Origin: Gemmatales bacterium
GTDB taxonomy: Bacteria > Planctomycetota > Planctomycetia > Gemmatales > HRBIN36
DNA length: 64,000 nucleotides
Reading direction: 5' to 3'
NCBI GenBank assembly: GCA_041640595.1
Contig: JBEPZY010000007.1
Location: 178,346-242,345 of the forward strand
Shown in pieces: positions 20,726 through 32,244 of the stretch. The position numbers were made by a program, and so were the translations under genes. How positions within the stretch are numbered: the stretch's first letter is position 1; each line of letters starts with the position of its first letter. The notes below the pieces were generated by a model. The model saw only the letters and a list, made by a program, of their open reading frames with translations, was not told the origin of the DNA and did not search any database.

Positions 20726-21883
20726 TCAGTTGGATGTTGCGAGTAATCCCAAATCATCGAGCCATTCGAGGAACAATTTAGCTTTCGCTTGCCAACTTTC
20801 CTGCCTTAGCAGGTGCTGCCGCGCCTTCAATTGGTCATGCGACGGCGGCTGGTGAATCGCTGATGCTAAGCAGGATCTAAATTCCTCGACAGTGTCGCAT
20901 AAATGAAGGAAACAATCCCATCGCTCCAGTGCTGGCAAACGGCGTGCCACTATAGGTTTCCCAGTAGCTAAATATTCAAGCAACTTGAGTGGCTGCATGG
21001 CTCGTGTTACCTCGTTGTCAGCGTACGGCATCATCAAAACGTCAGCGTACTTGGCAATTGTTGGCAGGCAATGCACCTGAACGGGACCGTGAACAACTAT
21101 ATTCCTGTACCGGCTTAAGGAATCTGGCTTATATTGAATCGGACCGACTAACACAAATGTGACATCGGGCAATTGCGAAGCGGCTGAGAGGATCCAACTC
21201 CAGTCCAGCCGTTTGTCAAGTAGTCCCCACCACATCACCGCTGGTTTTTTTATAGGCACGGGACAAGGAGGATATTCATCGCGCGCGCTTCTCATCCAGG
21301 TGTCAAGGTCTATACCGTGGGTAAGCAGCCTGGCCGTTCTACCATAGGTGTGAATGTGGCATTGTAATGTGGAGCTGGCTGCAAGTAGCAGTCGGGCGCG
21401 GGTAATGGTTGCTGACTCGCAATTGCGAAGCGTGTGCCCGTCAAGACCCGGCCAGTCGGTGAAATTATCCACGCAGTAATAAACCCAAGCGTTCACAGGG
21501 ATAGTGTCCAGCCAGTACGCAGGAAGCGGTATTGCGGTTACCCCGATTAGTGGAGACGTTGTAGATTGCATGTAGCGCTTTATTGATAGACTTATGGACC
21601 TGCTGTTTAATCGTTGGATGACCGGCGAACGCCAGTTCGGAATCAGGAATGGGTTGAGAACACGTATTTTCGAATGCGAGGGAGTAGCTTTATGGGATTG
21701 GATAAACCAGTCTCTAAGTTTTTCAACAGCCCGTCTGCATGTATAAAGGTCGAATGCTGGCTTGCGCATGCCTATGGTGTTTATCCAGAGAACCTGATAA
21801 CTGCGGACGAGCTCGCGGGCTAGATATTGCGCGCTCGAGGGATGCCGTCCCCAATCATCAGCAAAAAACAGGAAGGTAGTCAT
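20726..21883 (-). CDS. glycosyltransferase (GT-B, TuaH-like)
   Basis: FADDWGRHPSSAQ, YYCVD, LLTHGID, PLKLLEYLATGKP. Confidence 0.85.
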   Translation of the reverse strand: MTTFLFFADDWGRHPSSAQYLARELVRSYQVLWINTIGMRKPAFDLYTCRRAVEKLRDWFIQSHKATPSHSKIRVLNPFLIPNWRSPVIQRLNSRSISLSIKRYMQSTTSPLIGVTAIPLPAYWLDTIPVNAWVYYCVDNFTDWPGLDGHTLRNCESATITRARLLLAASSTLQCHIHTYGRTARLLTHGIDLDTWMRSARDEYPPCPVPIKKPAVMWWGLLDKRLDWSWILSAASQLPDVTFVLVGPIQYKPDSLSRYRNIVVHGPVQVHCLPTIAKYADVLMMPYADNEVTRAMQPLKLLEYLATGKPIVARRLPALERWDCFLHLCDTVEEFRSCLASAIHQPPSHDQLKARQHLLRQESWQAKAKLFLEWLDDLGLLATSN

Positions 21884-23021
21884 ATCTTTCTGTTCTTAGT
21901 GAGGTACCTAGCATTCGGTCGTATATGTCCGCGTATGCGTTTACTACTTTAGACCAGTTATGCCGGCTCAGGCAAACGAGTCTTCCCATACTACCCATAA
22001 TAGTGCGTTGTTCAGGATGCTGTGCCAGGTGGATTAGATACTTACCTAATGCAACATTGTCACGAATCGGCGCCACAAAACCTGTCTTGCCATGCTCCAC
22101 TATCTCGGGAACAGCTCCGCACGCTGTGCTGACAACCGGCAAAGCACAACTCATTGCCTCCAGTACGGTTAACGGCATGCCTTCACTGAGACTGGTTAGT
22201 AGGAAACAGTCAGCGGCATGATAGTAAGGTAGCGTATTAACCTGTTGACCTAATGGAATCACGACCGATTGCAGGCCACGTTCATGAATAAATGCAAGTA
22301 TACGGGAGCGCTCTGGACCATCTCCAACTAACAAAAGACGTGAATTAGAATGTGTTTTATACAAATGCCCGAAGGCGGAGATGGCTGTGAAGTGGTCCTT
22401 GACTGGATCGAGTCGGGCTACGTGTACCACTACAAAGCAATCTGGCGGCAGACCTAATCGGGTGCGGACGCTAAGTTTCTCGGAGTTATGGGCAGGCGAG
22501 TAGAAAGCGGTGTCCACGCCATTAGGAACCACAGCTATACGCTGCCGAGGGAGTCCCTCATATCTGATAAGCGCATCCCTAACGGAATTGCTAACTGCTG
22601 TGATCCTGTCTTCGCTGCTAAGTAGCAGGCGGTTTGTCAAAACCCGGCGCATCTGGCGTTGGTCGGGAACAAACCGGCCGTGTTCAGTAAAGAGAATGGG
22701 AATGGAATTATACTGCAAGCGGGCTAGCAAAGCATAGGCAAACGGGGTGTATTGATGGGCGTGGATTAGATTGCACTTGTGTTGCCGTAATAATCTAACA
22801 AGCTGCATGACGAGAACCGGGTCTATCCCAGGCTGACGACTCAAAGAATATACTGGAACACCCAGCCTGGTCAAGGTGTCTTGAAGAGGCCCGGTTCCGT
22901 CAAGGGATGCGATGATAAAATCGTAGGAGCTGCATAATGCTCTTATCAGCTTGCAAGCTAAGATTTCGGCTCCACCGAGCTGGAACGTATGCAGCAATAC
23001 TAAAATTTTCTTGCGAGGCAT
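21858..23021 (-). CDS. glycosyltransferase family 4
   Basis: LGGAE, HAHQYTP, FTEHG, PNGVD, ARLDPVKD, SEGMPLTVLEAM. Confidence 0.92.
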   Translation of the reverse strand: MPRKKILVLLHTFQLGGAEILACKLIRALCSSYDFIIASLDGTGPLQDTLTRLGVPVYSLSRQPGIDPVLVMQLVRLLRQHKCNLIHAHQYTPFAYALLARLQYNSIPILFTEHGRFVPDQRQMRRVLTNRLLLSSEDRITAVSNSVRDALIRYEGLPRQRIAVVPNGVDTAFYSPAHNSEKLSVRTRLGLPPDCFVVVHVARLDPVKDHFTAISAFGHLYKTHSNSRLLLVGDGPERSRILAFIHERGLQSVVIPLGQQVNTLPYYHAADCFLLTSLSEGMPLTVLEAMSCALPVVSTACGAVPEIVEHGKTGFVAPIRDNVALGKYLIHLAQHPEQRTIMGSMGRLVCLSRHNWSKVVNAYADIYDRMLGTSLRTERYDYLPVFC

Positions 23022-23123
23022 GAGATAGATGGCTCAGGCTGCTTTGTAAGTACGTAGGAGTTAGAGATAGGTTAGCATGCAGCGTGCCATAAGCGGGCAT
23101 GATATCCGTGAAGCTGACCCGCC

Positions 23124-25124
23124 TTATCCCCACACAGGCCAGTGATCACCAATCTGTGTGTTAAGGGAGTGGACCGAGACAAAAGCGTTGAGATGAGAGT
23201 GAGCCCTGGAACTACTCAAAGCTCCGTATGGTTCATAAAGAGTGATGCCGCGCATCCAGTAATCATGCCACCGGAACAAACAGTAAAGATTCCAGAGAGA
23301 TTGCGCAAATTCTTTGTAGTCACAATCAAAGTGCCCCACAGTTTCTCTTATGGCAGCAGTGTTCAAGATGTGCTTCCATGGTGCTGAGTGAACGTAATCT
23401 AACAACGAGGGTAGGACGGCTCTCACCTGGTGAAACAATCCACGCAACTCGAAACCTTGTTTAGGAGCATCAATTACACTGGCGGGCAAGACGTCTCTAT
23501 ATGCCCGGCGCAATAATCGTTTCGTGGTAGCGTAATGAAGCTTTTGATCCGGAGGAAGAACCCAGGCCCATTCAACGAGTTTATGGTCTAACAACGGCGG
23601 TCTGATTTCCAGGCCGATTGCCATACTGGCCCGGTCAGCTTTGACAAGGAATGCTTCCGGTAAAAGGAATTGTAAATCTACGTGAGCCATTCGGGAAACT
23701 GGGTGTTTCAGTGGGCTATCATTCCATAGCTGTGATAACCGTTTTAAGTCCTCGTGTAATACCTGGTTCAACTCAGGAGTAAGCCAGGTGTGTAAGAGGT
23801 CAGGTGAAGTCTGCCCGAGTGATATTGCATAAGCCAGACCATCATCTAAGTCGAGGCGATTGATTGCCCGGGCTGCCTTGCGCAGGTATCTAAGTCCATC
23901 GTACGATGTTAACCGAGATAGCTGGAATTGCTTTAGCAACTTTATGGCTCTCCTAAAACTTCTGCTCAACAAGTGTTCAATGCGATTGATGGTATATCTG
24001 CGATAACCCCAGAAGACCTCGTCACCACCATCGCCCGTAAGAAGAACCTTGACGTAGTCACGTGCATTGGCCGTCAGAACATGCAACGGTAAAATGGAGC
24101 TATCACCCAATGGCTCGTCTAAGGCAGAAATAACGTTATCGAGCGGATTGGTTTTTGGCCTCGGTGGATCTAGGGAGATGTGTTCTATCTTCAAATGGCG
24201 TGTGGTCAATTGTGCCCGAGTAAATTCTCCATCCTGGCCATAGTCGCGGTCCCAGTTGATAGTAAATACTACAAGGGGCGTTTTTTGTACAAATGAAGCG
24301 TGGTACGCAATTATGGAAGAGTCGAGTCCACCGCTCAGGGCGACGCCGATGGGCACGTCTGACAGTAAGTGTGCCTCAACTGCCTCTCCTATTCTCTCGC
24401 GAACATGTTTAGCAGCATCTTTCAGGGCATAATTTAGCGTATTTGTAGGAGGTTTCCAATACCGTTTTATTTCCCAGGTCCGTGAGGTTACACAAAAAGA
24501 CAGGCAATGCGCGGGTTGCAGCTTTCGGATATGCATGTACGGAGAACGCCATGGCGGAAAACAGCCGTAGTAGAGAAAACTAGGAACGCTATCCATATCC
24601 ATCATAACCGGAAGCAATCCGGTGGCAAATATAGCCGATGGCTGTGATGCGAACAGTAACTTGTCATGTGTAATGGCGTAATAGAGGGGCTTGATCCCTA
24701 ACCGATCGCGGGCTAAGAATAGGCATTTGCGACGGCTGTCCCAGATCGCAAATGCAAACATGCCACGCAATTCAGACACCAGTTCTGGGCCAAGTTCCTC
24801 GTATAGGTGAACAAGTACCTCCGTGTCGGTTTTAGTCTTGAATATATGTCCTTTGCTCTGTAAGTAGTGTCGCAATTGAGGGCTGTTGTATATTTCACCG
24901 TTGAAGGAGACTACGATAGTTCCATCTTCATTGACGAGAGGTTGATGGCCATTTTCTGGGTCCAATATTGCAAGGCGAGTGTGCACTAATAAAGCAGATT
25001 CATCCGACCAGACCCCCCAACCATCCGGGCCGCGGTGGCTAAGCGCACGGATACATGCCTTAGCAATGCGCGTCTTCGGAAGGTGGCCGAGATGGTGAGA
25101 TACGATGCCGGCAATACCACACAT
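23124..25124 (-). CDS. asnB: asparagine synthase (glutamine-hydrolysing)-like amidotransferase, probably glycan-modifying
   Basis: MCGIAG, HRGPD, FNGEIYN, RDRLGIKPLYY, LSGGLDSS, GDGGDE, KADRASMA. Confidence 0.9.
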   Translation of the reverse strand: MCGIAGIVSHHLGHLPKTRIAKACIRALSHRGPDGWGVWSDESALLVHTRLAILDPENGHQPLVNEDGTIVVSFNGEIYNSPQLRHYLQSKGHIFKTKTDTEVLVHLYEELGPELVSELRGMFAFAIWDSRRKCLFLARDRLGIKPLYYAITHDKLLFASQPSAIFATGLLPVMMDMDSVPSFLYYGCFPPWRSPYMHIRKLQPAHCLSFCVTSRTWEIKRYWKPPTNTLNYALKDAAKHVRERIGEAVEAHLLSDVPIGVALSGGLDSSIIAYHASFVQKTPLVVFTINWDRDYGQDGEFTRAQLTTRHLKIEHISLDPPRPKTNPLDNVISALDEPLGDSSILPLHVLTANARDYVKVLLTGDGGDEVFWGYRRYTINRIEHLLSRSFRRAIKLLKQFQLSRLTSYDGLRYLRKAARAINRLDLDDGLAYAISLGQTSPDLLHTWLTPELNQVLHEDLKRLSQLWNDSPLKHPVSRMAHVDLQFLLPEAFLVKADRASMAIGLEIRPPLLDHKLVEWAWVLPPDQKLHYATTKRLLRRAYRDVLPASVIDAPKQGFELRGLFHQVRAVLPSLLDYVHSAPWKHILNTAAIRETVGHFDCDYKEFAQSLWNLYCLFRWHDYWMRGITLYEPYGALSSSRAHSHLNAFVSVHSLNTQIGDHWPVWG

Positions 25125-25151
25125 ACAATGATCGCAAAATTGCGGCGTCTT

Positions 25152-28100
25152 CTATGCCGGGTTCCATTCGATGCTTATAGCGTCCACCACGGGAGTAGTA
25201 TTGGGGACTGTCGAAAGCAGAGTCAGTGTATATTGCAAATAACGTGCCGGCGGATTCAGAATTGTACCGTCTGGAGCTACGTTGGCCCAGGCAGACCAGG
25301 ATTCATCTGGCGTGGGTGAATTACCAGTGCGTGTTTCAATAACGACGGAAGTACCGACGGGTTTATTTCCTGACCAGGCTAATTTCTGCCATGCTGCTAA
25401 TTGTCCTGCGTCAAAGATCCGAGAGAGATAACTGCCACTGGCCGGGTAGTCCATCGTCTCAACCCAGTCGGCAATCAGAGGATTGGTTCCATAGAAGTCT
25501 GAGAGGGCAAGTTTATATGCGACATTTGGTGGTAACTGGGCGGCCAGCGAGGCGACTAAACTTCCGTCAATGTAAAAATCTATGCGCCCAGTCGAAGGAA
25601 TTATGCGGTATTGGTGCGTGCCAGTCGGTACGCTACCCAGGTCTTGTTCTAGGATGTTTCCGAATATGTTGAGTCGAGCAAGTAAGCGGGCACCATCCGG
25701 GCTTGTTCCGAACAAAATCCACACATTTTGGCGCGGGTCACCTAACCCTGTTGCCAACCCGAAATGCTGGTATCCAATCGGCGAGAAAGTCAGTGCAGCT
25801 TGAGTGCCCACCAGATTGACAGGCTGAGTGGAGAGAATGCCGCTGCCGCCAAGGATGAGCTTCCCGTTATTCAAGTTCAAGGTAACCGGGCCGCCGCCAA
25901 CAGTCGTCCAGGAATGATGTGTCCATCGGGTGCTAAGTATAGGTTCCTCGAAGTCATCATTTATGGTGCCAGCTAACTGAAGTTCGCCATCAGCGCGTTT
26001 CGTAGCGGTAACAAGTGTTGCTTGGCCTGATAGAAAGTCAGTATAGGAGGTATCAAGAAATCTTTGTGTTTCTCTAGTGCGGTACCGTAAACTAATATCG
26101 TGAAGAATAGGCGAACGCACTGGGTTAGTTGTGTTGAAGGCGATGCGGTATTGTGCATATCGGCCAAACAAACCGGGATTGGCCCCAACCGTGTTTATAG
26201 CAACAAAGTCGGACCAGGAAGAATCTACATGAGGTGTCGGACCCGCACGGATGGATATCTCTAAGCTAGTGTTTTGCGGAAGATTAGCCAACCAGCTAAC
26301 CGCCGTCCAATAAGCATCCGTGCCGGCATCTAAAATTGCCGAAAAATATCTTCCGCTATTTGCGTATGTGCCAGCGCGAATCCAATCCACCATTATTGGA
26401 CTATTTTCAGTAGTATAATCACTGGCAGTCACACGGAGAGGCTCACTAATGCTGATGTTGTGGGCTGCTACAAGAGTACCATCAATATAATAGAGCACCT
26501 GGTTGCTCAGCCACTCTATTCGATAGACGTGATACTGGCCGAACCAATTGCCGGGGATTGTGGTATTGATAGCTCGGTTGGAAATCGCGGTTCTTGCTAA
26601 TAACGATTCACCATTGCCAGTGCTAAAAATTGCCCACCCGGAAGTGACAAGGTCCTGGGCAACACCGAAGTGTTGATAAGGTCCACCTGTGAAAAGAACT
26701 TTGCCTTCAATAAACTGCCCGCTTGATACACTTTGCGAACTGAAAATAGCTGAGCCGTCTAAAATCAACGATCCCTGCTGAATCGCAAGCTGGCCGTTTG
26801 GCTGCCAGCTTCTAGTGTTCCACGTTGATGTTAGATTACCTGTATCGAATTCATCGGAAATTGATGGCCGTAAACTAAGAGCACCGTCACCGTCTCCAAC
26901 GGTCACAACGTTGTCAAATGTTCCATTGGCAAAGTCGGTTACCGTTGTATGAGTTAGCTCATTTTCGTTTCCAGACGAAGACAATGAAAACGCCCAACTC
27001 TCAGCCGCTGACATTTGGTTACCTTGAAGATCGGCAACACTACGAACAGTGACTAAATAGGTGGCGCCTGGGCGAAGGTCTTCCTGAGGAGTTAATGTAA
27101 CCACATTTGCCCTTACGGCTAAAACGGCATTCACACGAACACCTGAGCCGGAGTCTATCAGTGCTATATTTGTAGGACTAACAGAAGCAGCATCCAGCAG
27201 TTCATTGAATGCAACGCGAATCTGAGGACGAGTGGTGGTCACGGTTTCATCTGGTCCTGGCTCTCGGGACACTATAAATGGACCATAACGATCGTTGCTG
27301 GCGGGGCCCACATCAAAGGCAACGACTCGAATAATCGGTACCTCTTGCAATGATTGCGGATTAGACGCCGTGACGACCAATTTATACTGCAGGTAGCGTG
27401 AGGTCGCTTGTGTGTTAAATCCGGAATAGGGAACAGGGATGAAATCTGTCCAAGTGTCATCAGGGATGGGAGTGTTGCCCATTCGAACATAAACCGCTAT
27501 GGAAGTATTACCAGGAGTCTCCGCATCCCAAGCAAGACGCTCCCAAAGCACTCGCTGCCCCGCGTCAAATATACGGGAAAGAAACTCACCCCTCTCAGCA
27601 TAAGGGCCAAGCTGTAACCAGTCAATTTCCAGGGCTGTATTGTCGCTGGTATAGTCACTGGCGACTATCGCAAGTCGTGTGGTACCTGGTGAAGAATGTT
27701 CAGCAACTAATATGCCGTCTATGTAGTACTTTATGCGGCTAGAACGTATTTCAATGCGAAAAGTATGGTAAGAACCAAGCCATTGAGGGCCTAAAAATGT
27801 TTCCTGGCTGGTGCCGGAGTAAGACCGTGCATATAGGCCATCGCCTGCTCGGGTGCTAAATATGAACCAGGGTCCGAAGTTGAGGTCAGTTGCAAGTCCT
27901 ATGTGCTGATAGGGACTGGCGGTGAACCGAGCACGAAATTGTAAAGTTAGATTACCGGAAAATATCGTATCTGTGCTGAGCATAACGGCATCTAATCGAA
28001 CAACGCCGTCGCGGATGATAGTGCTGCCGCTGGGCGACCAGGTAGTAACCCTAAGTCCGGAAGGCAGTAGATCGCGGGAAAAGTCAGCTGAGAATGTTGG

Positions 28101-30410
28101 TCTAGGGATAACTTCACCATTTTCTAGAGCAACTACCATTATACCAGAATCGGGAGAACCTTGTTGGAAATCCAAAGCATTATCATCAGCGAAACTAGCG
28201 GTCCGGAAGGTTGCTACTCCAGCAGAAGGATACCAACTGCGGTTGCCCCTCTGATCAGAGGAAGCCAGACGATAATAGTAGGTGGTGTTCGGGATCAGGT
28301 TCTGTAGGTAGATTGCATGGTCGGTTGCAAAATCGTTTAGTGTTACAGATTGCTGTAGATTTTGCGGATCCGGCCCATAGAAGACTACTGCATCGCTAGT
28401 TTCATCTGTCCGCCAGAAAATTGTGGCTGAGCGAGCTCCAACATTTGTGCGAACATCGCTGATAACGGGAGGACGAGTATCTTCGGCACTTATGGTGATA
28501 ATGACAGGAGTACTGGCTGGCCCGATGTTGACACTGTCGTCTATAGCACGGGCCATCAGGCGATAAGTTCCTGGGCCTGGAGGCATCCACACATAAGTCC
28601 AGTTGTTAGTTCCTTGAGCGGGATGCCAGGTATTACCGCCGTCCCAGGAGACTTCGACACCTGCCACAACCCCTCCACCGGAATCACTTGCTGTGCCAGA
28701 AAGAGTAACCGGGATGTTTGGTGGGAAACTGCTGTTTGTATCCATAACTATATTAGCAACGGGTGCCTGTTGGTCCGTGCTAGGAAGAGCGAACACTAAA
28801 TCGGGCTGCAAAGTAGCAGGTTGGACGCCCATGTCAGCGAGTAAGTTAACCGTTGCCTGTTGAATACGTCGGTCCGGTGGACTATAGGGGCCATCGTGCT
28901 GATCATCTAATCCCCACACCCATTGGACTGTGCCCGCACTGAAGACCAGGGCACCACTTGTGGCGCGATATAGGGTCAGGCTATGTGTTGCCGTCCCAGG
29001 TGCCACAGTTCTTCCGTAGTCAATGAGTTTTTGAGGAACCTGTTGAGTAGTTGAAGACAATCGAATTTGACCTGGAGGTCGAAATCCATTGTCCAGGTCT
29101 TCGTTCCATTCGTAACCGAGTGTATATTGGCCCAGGTAAGCTATTTGTCCTGGCCCAAGATTCTGAATATCAGTATTGCGCCAGACGCGCAGTTGGCGAA
29201 ACTCATAGGGCACTTCGATGGGCGTGCCAACTTCGTTAGGCCCACGGTTAACCGTAAAGATTGTTCCGCCCAACATATTTTCGGGCTTACCACCGTCCGC
29301 TGGAGGACTAAAGCGTGGGTCTCTCCACAGACCGGTCCAGACGTTAGGTAAAGGATCGATTTTAGCATCAGCCAGGGATTCTTTATAACAAACGAGCGTC
29401 CTGTAAGGAGTGCCCGAACCATCAATGGAAGCCTCCCAGCGAGTCTTCCAGTAAATGTTGTTACCAGCTAAAAACATAATATGGACACCGGCATCGCGAG
29501 CAGCTTGCACGTTTTGCCACATTTCTGCCGACCAGTACTCATCGTGGCCAACGGAGATGAATACCTTGTGCTCCTTGATTTCATTACCCAACCGGGCGGT
29601 GTCAACGTTAGTGAAGTAGCTAACATTATAACCATTCTTTTCCAACCATCGCACCATAGGATATTCAGCCCAGAACACGAAATTAGCTTCGCCATCGCCA
29701 ACTCGGCGCGAGCGAGTGTCGAATGGACGATTATAGCTCACTTTATAAGCGCGACGCCCTCCGCTTGAAAGGTAGTCATAGAGGCTCTTACCGCCCCAGG
29801 AATTATATGCCTGCCAGGTGGCATCAGAGGTTTGCATGAGAATGTCCGAACGACCATCGTCATCTCTTACGACAAAATAAATGTGGCTGGCTCCTCTACT
29901 CCCGTCCAAACGTGTGAGTTTTGCGAAGTAAATACCGGAGACCGCGTTGCTGGGAACCTGCCACGTAACGGTCGTTCGCCAGTTTCCTGCATCTACCAGC
30001 CCTGTGGTCGTATCAACAAGAGGATTAGGTTGGGTTTGTGGCCGCCTTAGACGCATCGTAATAGAATCAATTTTTCTGGCCCCGAGACCCCCATAATAGC
30101 CAAGACGATAAATGTCAATGGTATAGTTTGTGGAATCGGTGTTTATTTTGAAACCTATCGTCTGTCCTTTGTTTACACTTATATCCGTCGCATATCCCTG
30201 GATACTTGGATCCCCGGACCCGACGATGCCCCATTCGGACATAGGACTTCCTAGTTTCTGGTTTTCCAACACTATAGGGTTCACAGCTAGGAGTGTGCGT
30301 TCTTCTAGGAATTCCACCAATAGCCTTGCAAGATGCACGTCTTTCTGTTTAGGACTATTAGCTAGAAGCGCTATTAGGCGGCGTAGCACACCTTTTAAGG
30401 GGATCATCAT
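25152..30410 (-). CDS. large exported multidomain protein: LEPR-XLL motif, DUF6605 (DMF-amidase-beta-like) domain, Ig/FN3 domains and three LamG-like repeats
   Basis: LLVEFLEERTLLA; IYRLGYYGG, TWQAYNSWGG, VSYNRPF, GHDEYWS; GVEVSWDGG.TW Ig domain; three copies of 'S.I.DAG....W....W....P..TS.....R.G..P..D..W'. Confidence 0.8.
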   Translation of the reverse strand: MMIPLKGVLRRLIALLANSPKQKDVHLARLLVEFLEERTLLAVNPIVLENQKLGSPMSEWGIVGSGDPSIQGYATDISVNKGQTIGFKINTDSTNYTIDIYRLGYYGGLGARKIDSITMRLRRPQTQPNPLVDTTTGLVDAGNWRTTVTWQVPSNAVSGIYFAKLTRLDGSRGASHIYFVVRDDDGRSDILMQTSDATWQAYNSWGGKSLYDYLSSGGRRAYKVSYNRPFDTRSRRVGDGEANFVFWAEYPMVRWLEKNGYNVSYFTNVDTARLGNEIKEHKVFISVGHDEYWSAEMWQNVQAARDAGVHIMFLAGNNIYWKTRWEASIDGSGTPYRTLVCYKESLADAKIDPLPNVWTGLWRDPRFSPPADGGKPENMLGGTIFTVNRGPNEVGTPIEVPYEFRQLRVWRNTDIQNLGPGQIAYLGQYTLGYEWNEDLDNGFRPPGQIRLSSTTQQVPQKLIDYGRTVAPGTATHSLTLYRATSGALVFSAGTVQWVWGLDDQHDGPYSPPDRRIQQATVNLLADMGVQPATLQPDLVFALPSTDQQAPVANIVMDTNSSFPPNIPVTLSGTASDSGGGVVAGVEVSWDGGNTWHPAQGTNNWTYVWMPPGPGTYRLMARAIDDSVNIGPASTPVIITISAEDTRPPVISDVRTNVGARSATIFWRTDETSDAVVFYGPDPQNLQQSVTLNDFATDHAIYLQNLIPNTTYYYRLASSDQRGNRSWYPSAGVATFRTASFADDNALDFQQGSPDSGIMVVALENGEVIPRPTFSADFSRDLLPSGLRVTTWSPSGSTIIRDGVVRLDAVMLSTDTIFSGNLTLQFRARFTASPYQHIGLATDLNFGPWFIFSTRAGDGLYARSYSGTSQETFLGPQWLGSYHTFRIEIRSSRIKYYIDGILVAEHSSPGTTRLAIVASDYTSDNTALEIDWLQLGPYAERGEFLSRIFDAGQRVLWERLAWDAETPGNTSIAVYVRMGNTPIPDDTWTDFIPVPYSGFNTQATSRYLQYKLVVTASNPQSLQEVPIIRVVAFDVGPASNDRYGPFIVSREPGPDETVTTTRPQIRVAFNELLDAASVSPTNIALIDSGSGVRVNAVLAVRANVVTLTPQEDLRPGATYLVTVRSVADLQGNQMSAAESWAFSLSSSGNENELTHTTVTDFANGTFDNVVTVGDGDGALSLRPSISDEFDTGNLTSTWNTRSWQPNGQLAIQQGSLILDGSAIFSSQSVSSGQFIEGKVLFTGGPYQHFGVAQDLVTSGWAIFSTGNGESLLARTAISNRAINTTIPGNWFGQYHVYRIEWLSNQVLYYIDGTLVAAHNISISEPLRVTASDYTTENSPIMVDWIRAGTYANSGRYFSAILDAGTDAYWTAVSWLANLPQNTSLEISIRAGPTPHVDSSWSDFVAINTVGANPGLFGRYAQYRIAFNTTNPVRSPILHDISLRYRTRETQRFLDTSYTDFLSGQATLVTATKRADGELQLAGTINDDFEEPILSTRWTHHSWTTVGGGPVTLNLNNGKLILGGSGILSTQPVNLVGTQAALTFSPIGYQHFGLATGLGDPRQNVWILFGTSPDGARLLARLNIFGNILEQDLGSVPTGTHQYRIIPSTGRIDFYIDGSLVASLAAQLPPNVAYKLALSDFYGTNPLIADWVETMDYPASGSYLSRIFDAGQLAAWQKLAWSGNKPVGTSVVIETRTGNSPTPDESWSAWANVAPDGTILNPPARYLQYTLTLLSTVPNTTPVVDAISIEWNPA

Positions 30411-30446
30411 CGTCTCCTCAGCTGTAATCCTGCTGGACGACTAAGA

Positions 30447-31067
30447 CTATGATGCCGGCTGTGAAGTCTGCGAGCAAGTGTTTTTGCGATGTCGTATGAT
30501 TCTGGCAGGATTGCCAGCCACTATGCAATAAGGAGGCACTGGCTTAGTCACGACGGCCCCGGCACCCACGATGCTATGTTCTCCGACATCGGCCATAACG
30601 ATGGCCCTTTCACCTATCCACGCACCATGTCCGATGTGGATAGTAGGCCAGATTCCCGGCTGCTCGCAAATCCTTCGGCTGGTATCATCAAAACCGTGTT
30701 GCCTACCGCCATTAATGATGGATGCGTGGCTGGCTATGAGAACGTCATTTCCAATATGTACCTTACCAATACTGCATCCAGGCCCGATATACACGTTGTC
30801 TCCTATAACATTACTGACGTGCGAAAAAAGTGTCCCCACTCCTATATAGAGGTTCTCTCCGGTGTAGTCAAAGCTCCATGAACAAAGTACGTAGCGAGCC
30901 ACAGCGCCAAGAATACCTGGCCAGAATGCAACTACCTCATAGGTTTCTCTGAATGCTCGGTCTTTGTCAAAGAAGATTAAGAGGACCCGGCTCCAACACC
31001 AGAGGGGCAGAAGCAGAGAGGCAATTATGGCTTTGAAAAGCCGTTTCAGGATCAGCTTAGTGGTCAT
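30447..31067 (-). CDS. hexapeptide-repeat (left-handed beta-helix) acyltransferase
   Basis: [39 protein letters not shown]. Confidence 0.9.
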   Translation of the reverse strand: MTTKLILKRLFKAIIASLLLPLWCWSRVLLIFFDKDRAFRETYEVVAFWPGILGAVARYVLCSWSFDYTGENLYIGVGTLFSHVSNVIGDNVYIGPGCSIGKVHIGNDVLIASHASIINGGRQHGFDDTSRRICEQPGIWPTIHIGHGAWIGERAIVMADVGEHSIVGAGAVVTKPVPPYCIVAGNPARIIRHRKNTCSQTSQPAS

Positions 31068-32244
31068 AGTCTTTAAAAAGACTCCTTAAAATAACCCGAG
31101 CTTTAGGGATGAGAACGTTCCAGTCGAAATAACGCTCGACCCAGCGACGTGCGAAAGTAGCCATGCCCGCTAGGCGGGTTTTATCCTTGTAAAATCGAAT
31201 AATCGCTTTGGCTATATTCACCGGATCGGTACAATCTACGACCAATCCGCTCCTCCCGGGTACTAATGTTTCCTTCGTTCCTCCAGAATTTCCGCACAGT
31301 ATAGGCTTGCTGCAGGCCTGAGCTTCGAGAAGCACGATGCCGAACCCCTCACAGTCGCCATCTATCTCGCGATTAGGCAATGCTACTAAATCAGATTCTC
31401 GATACAGTTGAAGCAACTGGTCGTCAGTGGGATTGGAAATCCATCGTATCGAACCATCCAGTGCCAGTTCGTTGGCTAACTTGCGAAGGTAATGAGCATC
31501 GTCACCGTTACCAGCCAGAATACACCTTATGTTAGGAATGTCTTTACGCACAAGGGCAATAGCTCGAAGCAACATGTCTTGCCCCTTGCGGCGTTGAAAC
31601 CGACCTGGGCATGCTATGGTCAACATTAGTCTTTCACATCTATGATGCGACGGGCAAAAGTAATGGGTATCGACTCCGGGATGTAAAATCCGGACACGAC
31701 GCGATGGCACTTGCCATTTGTTCACCAGCAGGTCACGGGTAAAGCGGCTGTTGGCTACTAATAACGCAGCTTGCCGTAGGGTTGGTCTGACCAGATGATA
31801 ATATTCCCGGCATCTCCAGGCTATTTCGATATCCTCACCGTGAACATAACATAGGTAGGGAATGCCAAAAATACGGTTAAGCGTCCAACAGACGAATCCT
31901 TCAGGAATACAGCGACCGGCGTGAATAACCGAAGAGTGTGTGTGGTAATAGACTTGTGAAGTGAAATAGAGTAAGCGAGAATAAGCAAGCCAATTCCGGT
32001 AGCTCAAGAGAGTCCAGGAACGCAACGGCCAGTGTATCGAAATAACTTCGAGATGTGGGCAGCGGATAACATTATCCGCACCTGTCAAGATGGTGACAAA
32101 GTAATCCTCTAGCCGACTATATACGTTATACAGCCACCTAGGCACACCTCCGACGTGAGGGGGGAAATGCTCAGTCAGCAGAAGTATTCTAGAATGCATG
32201 GTCGAGTGCAAGTGGACAATTTCTGAGGTGTACTTATGCGCCAT
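31057..32244 (-). CDS. glycosyltransferase family 4 (PimB-like)
   Basis: [35 protein letters not shown]. Confidence 0.9.
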   Translation of the reverse strand: MAHKYTSEIVHLHSTMHSRILLLTEHFPPHVGGVPRWLYNVYSRLEDYFVTILTGADNVIRCPHLEVISIHWPLRSWTLLSYRNWLAYSRLLYFTSQVYYHTHSSVIHAGRCIPEGFVCWTLNRIFGIPYLCYVHGEDIEIAWRCREYYHLVRPTLRQAALLVANSRFTRDLLVNKWQVPSRRVRILHPGVDTHYFCPSHHRCERLMLTIACPGRFQRRKGQDMLLRAIALVRKDIPNIRCILAGNGDDAHYLRKLANELALDGSIRWISNPTDDQLLQLYRESDLVALPNREIDGDCEGFGIVLLEAQACSKPILCGNSGGTKETLVPGRSGLVVDCTDPVNIAKAIIRFYKDKTRLAGMATFARRWVERYFDWNVLIPKARVILRSLFKDYDH

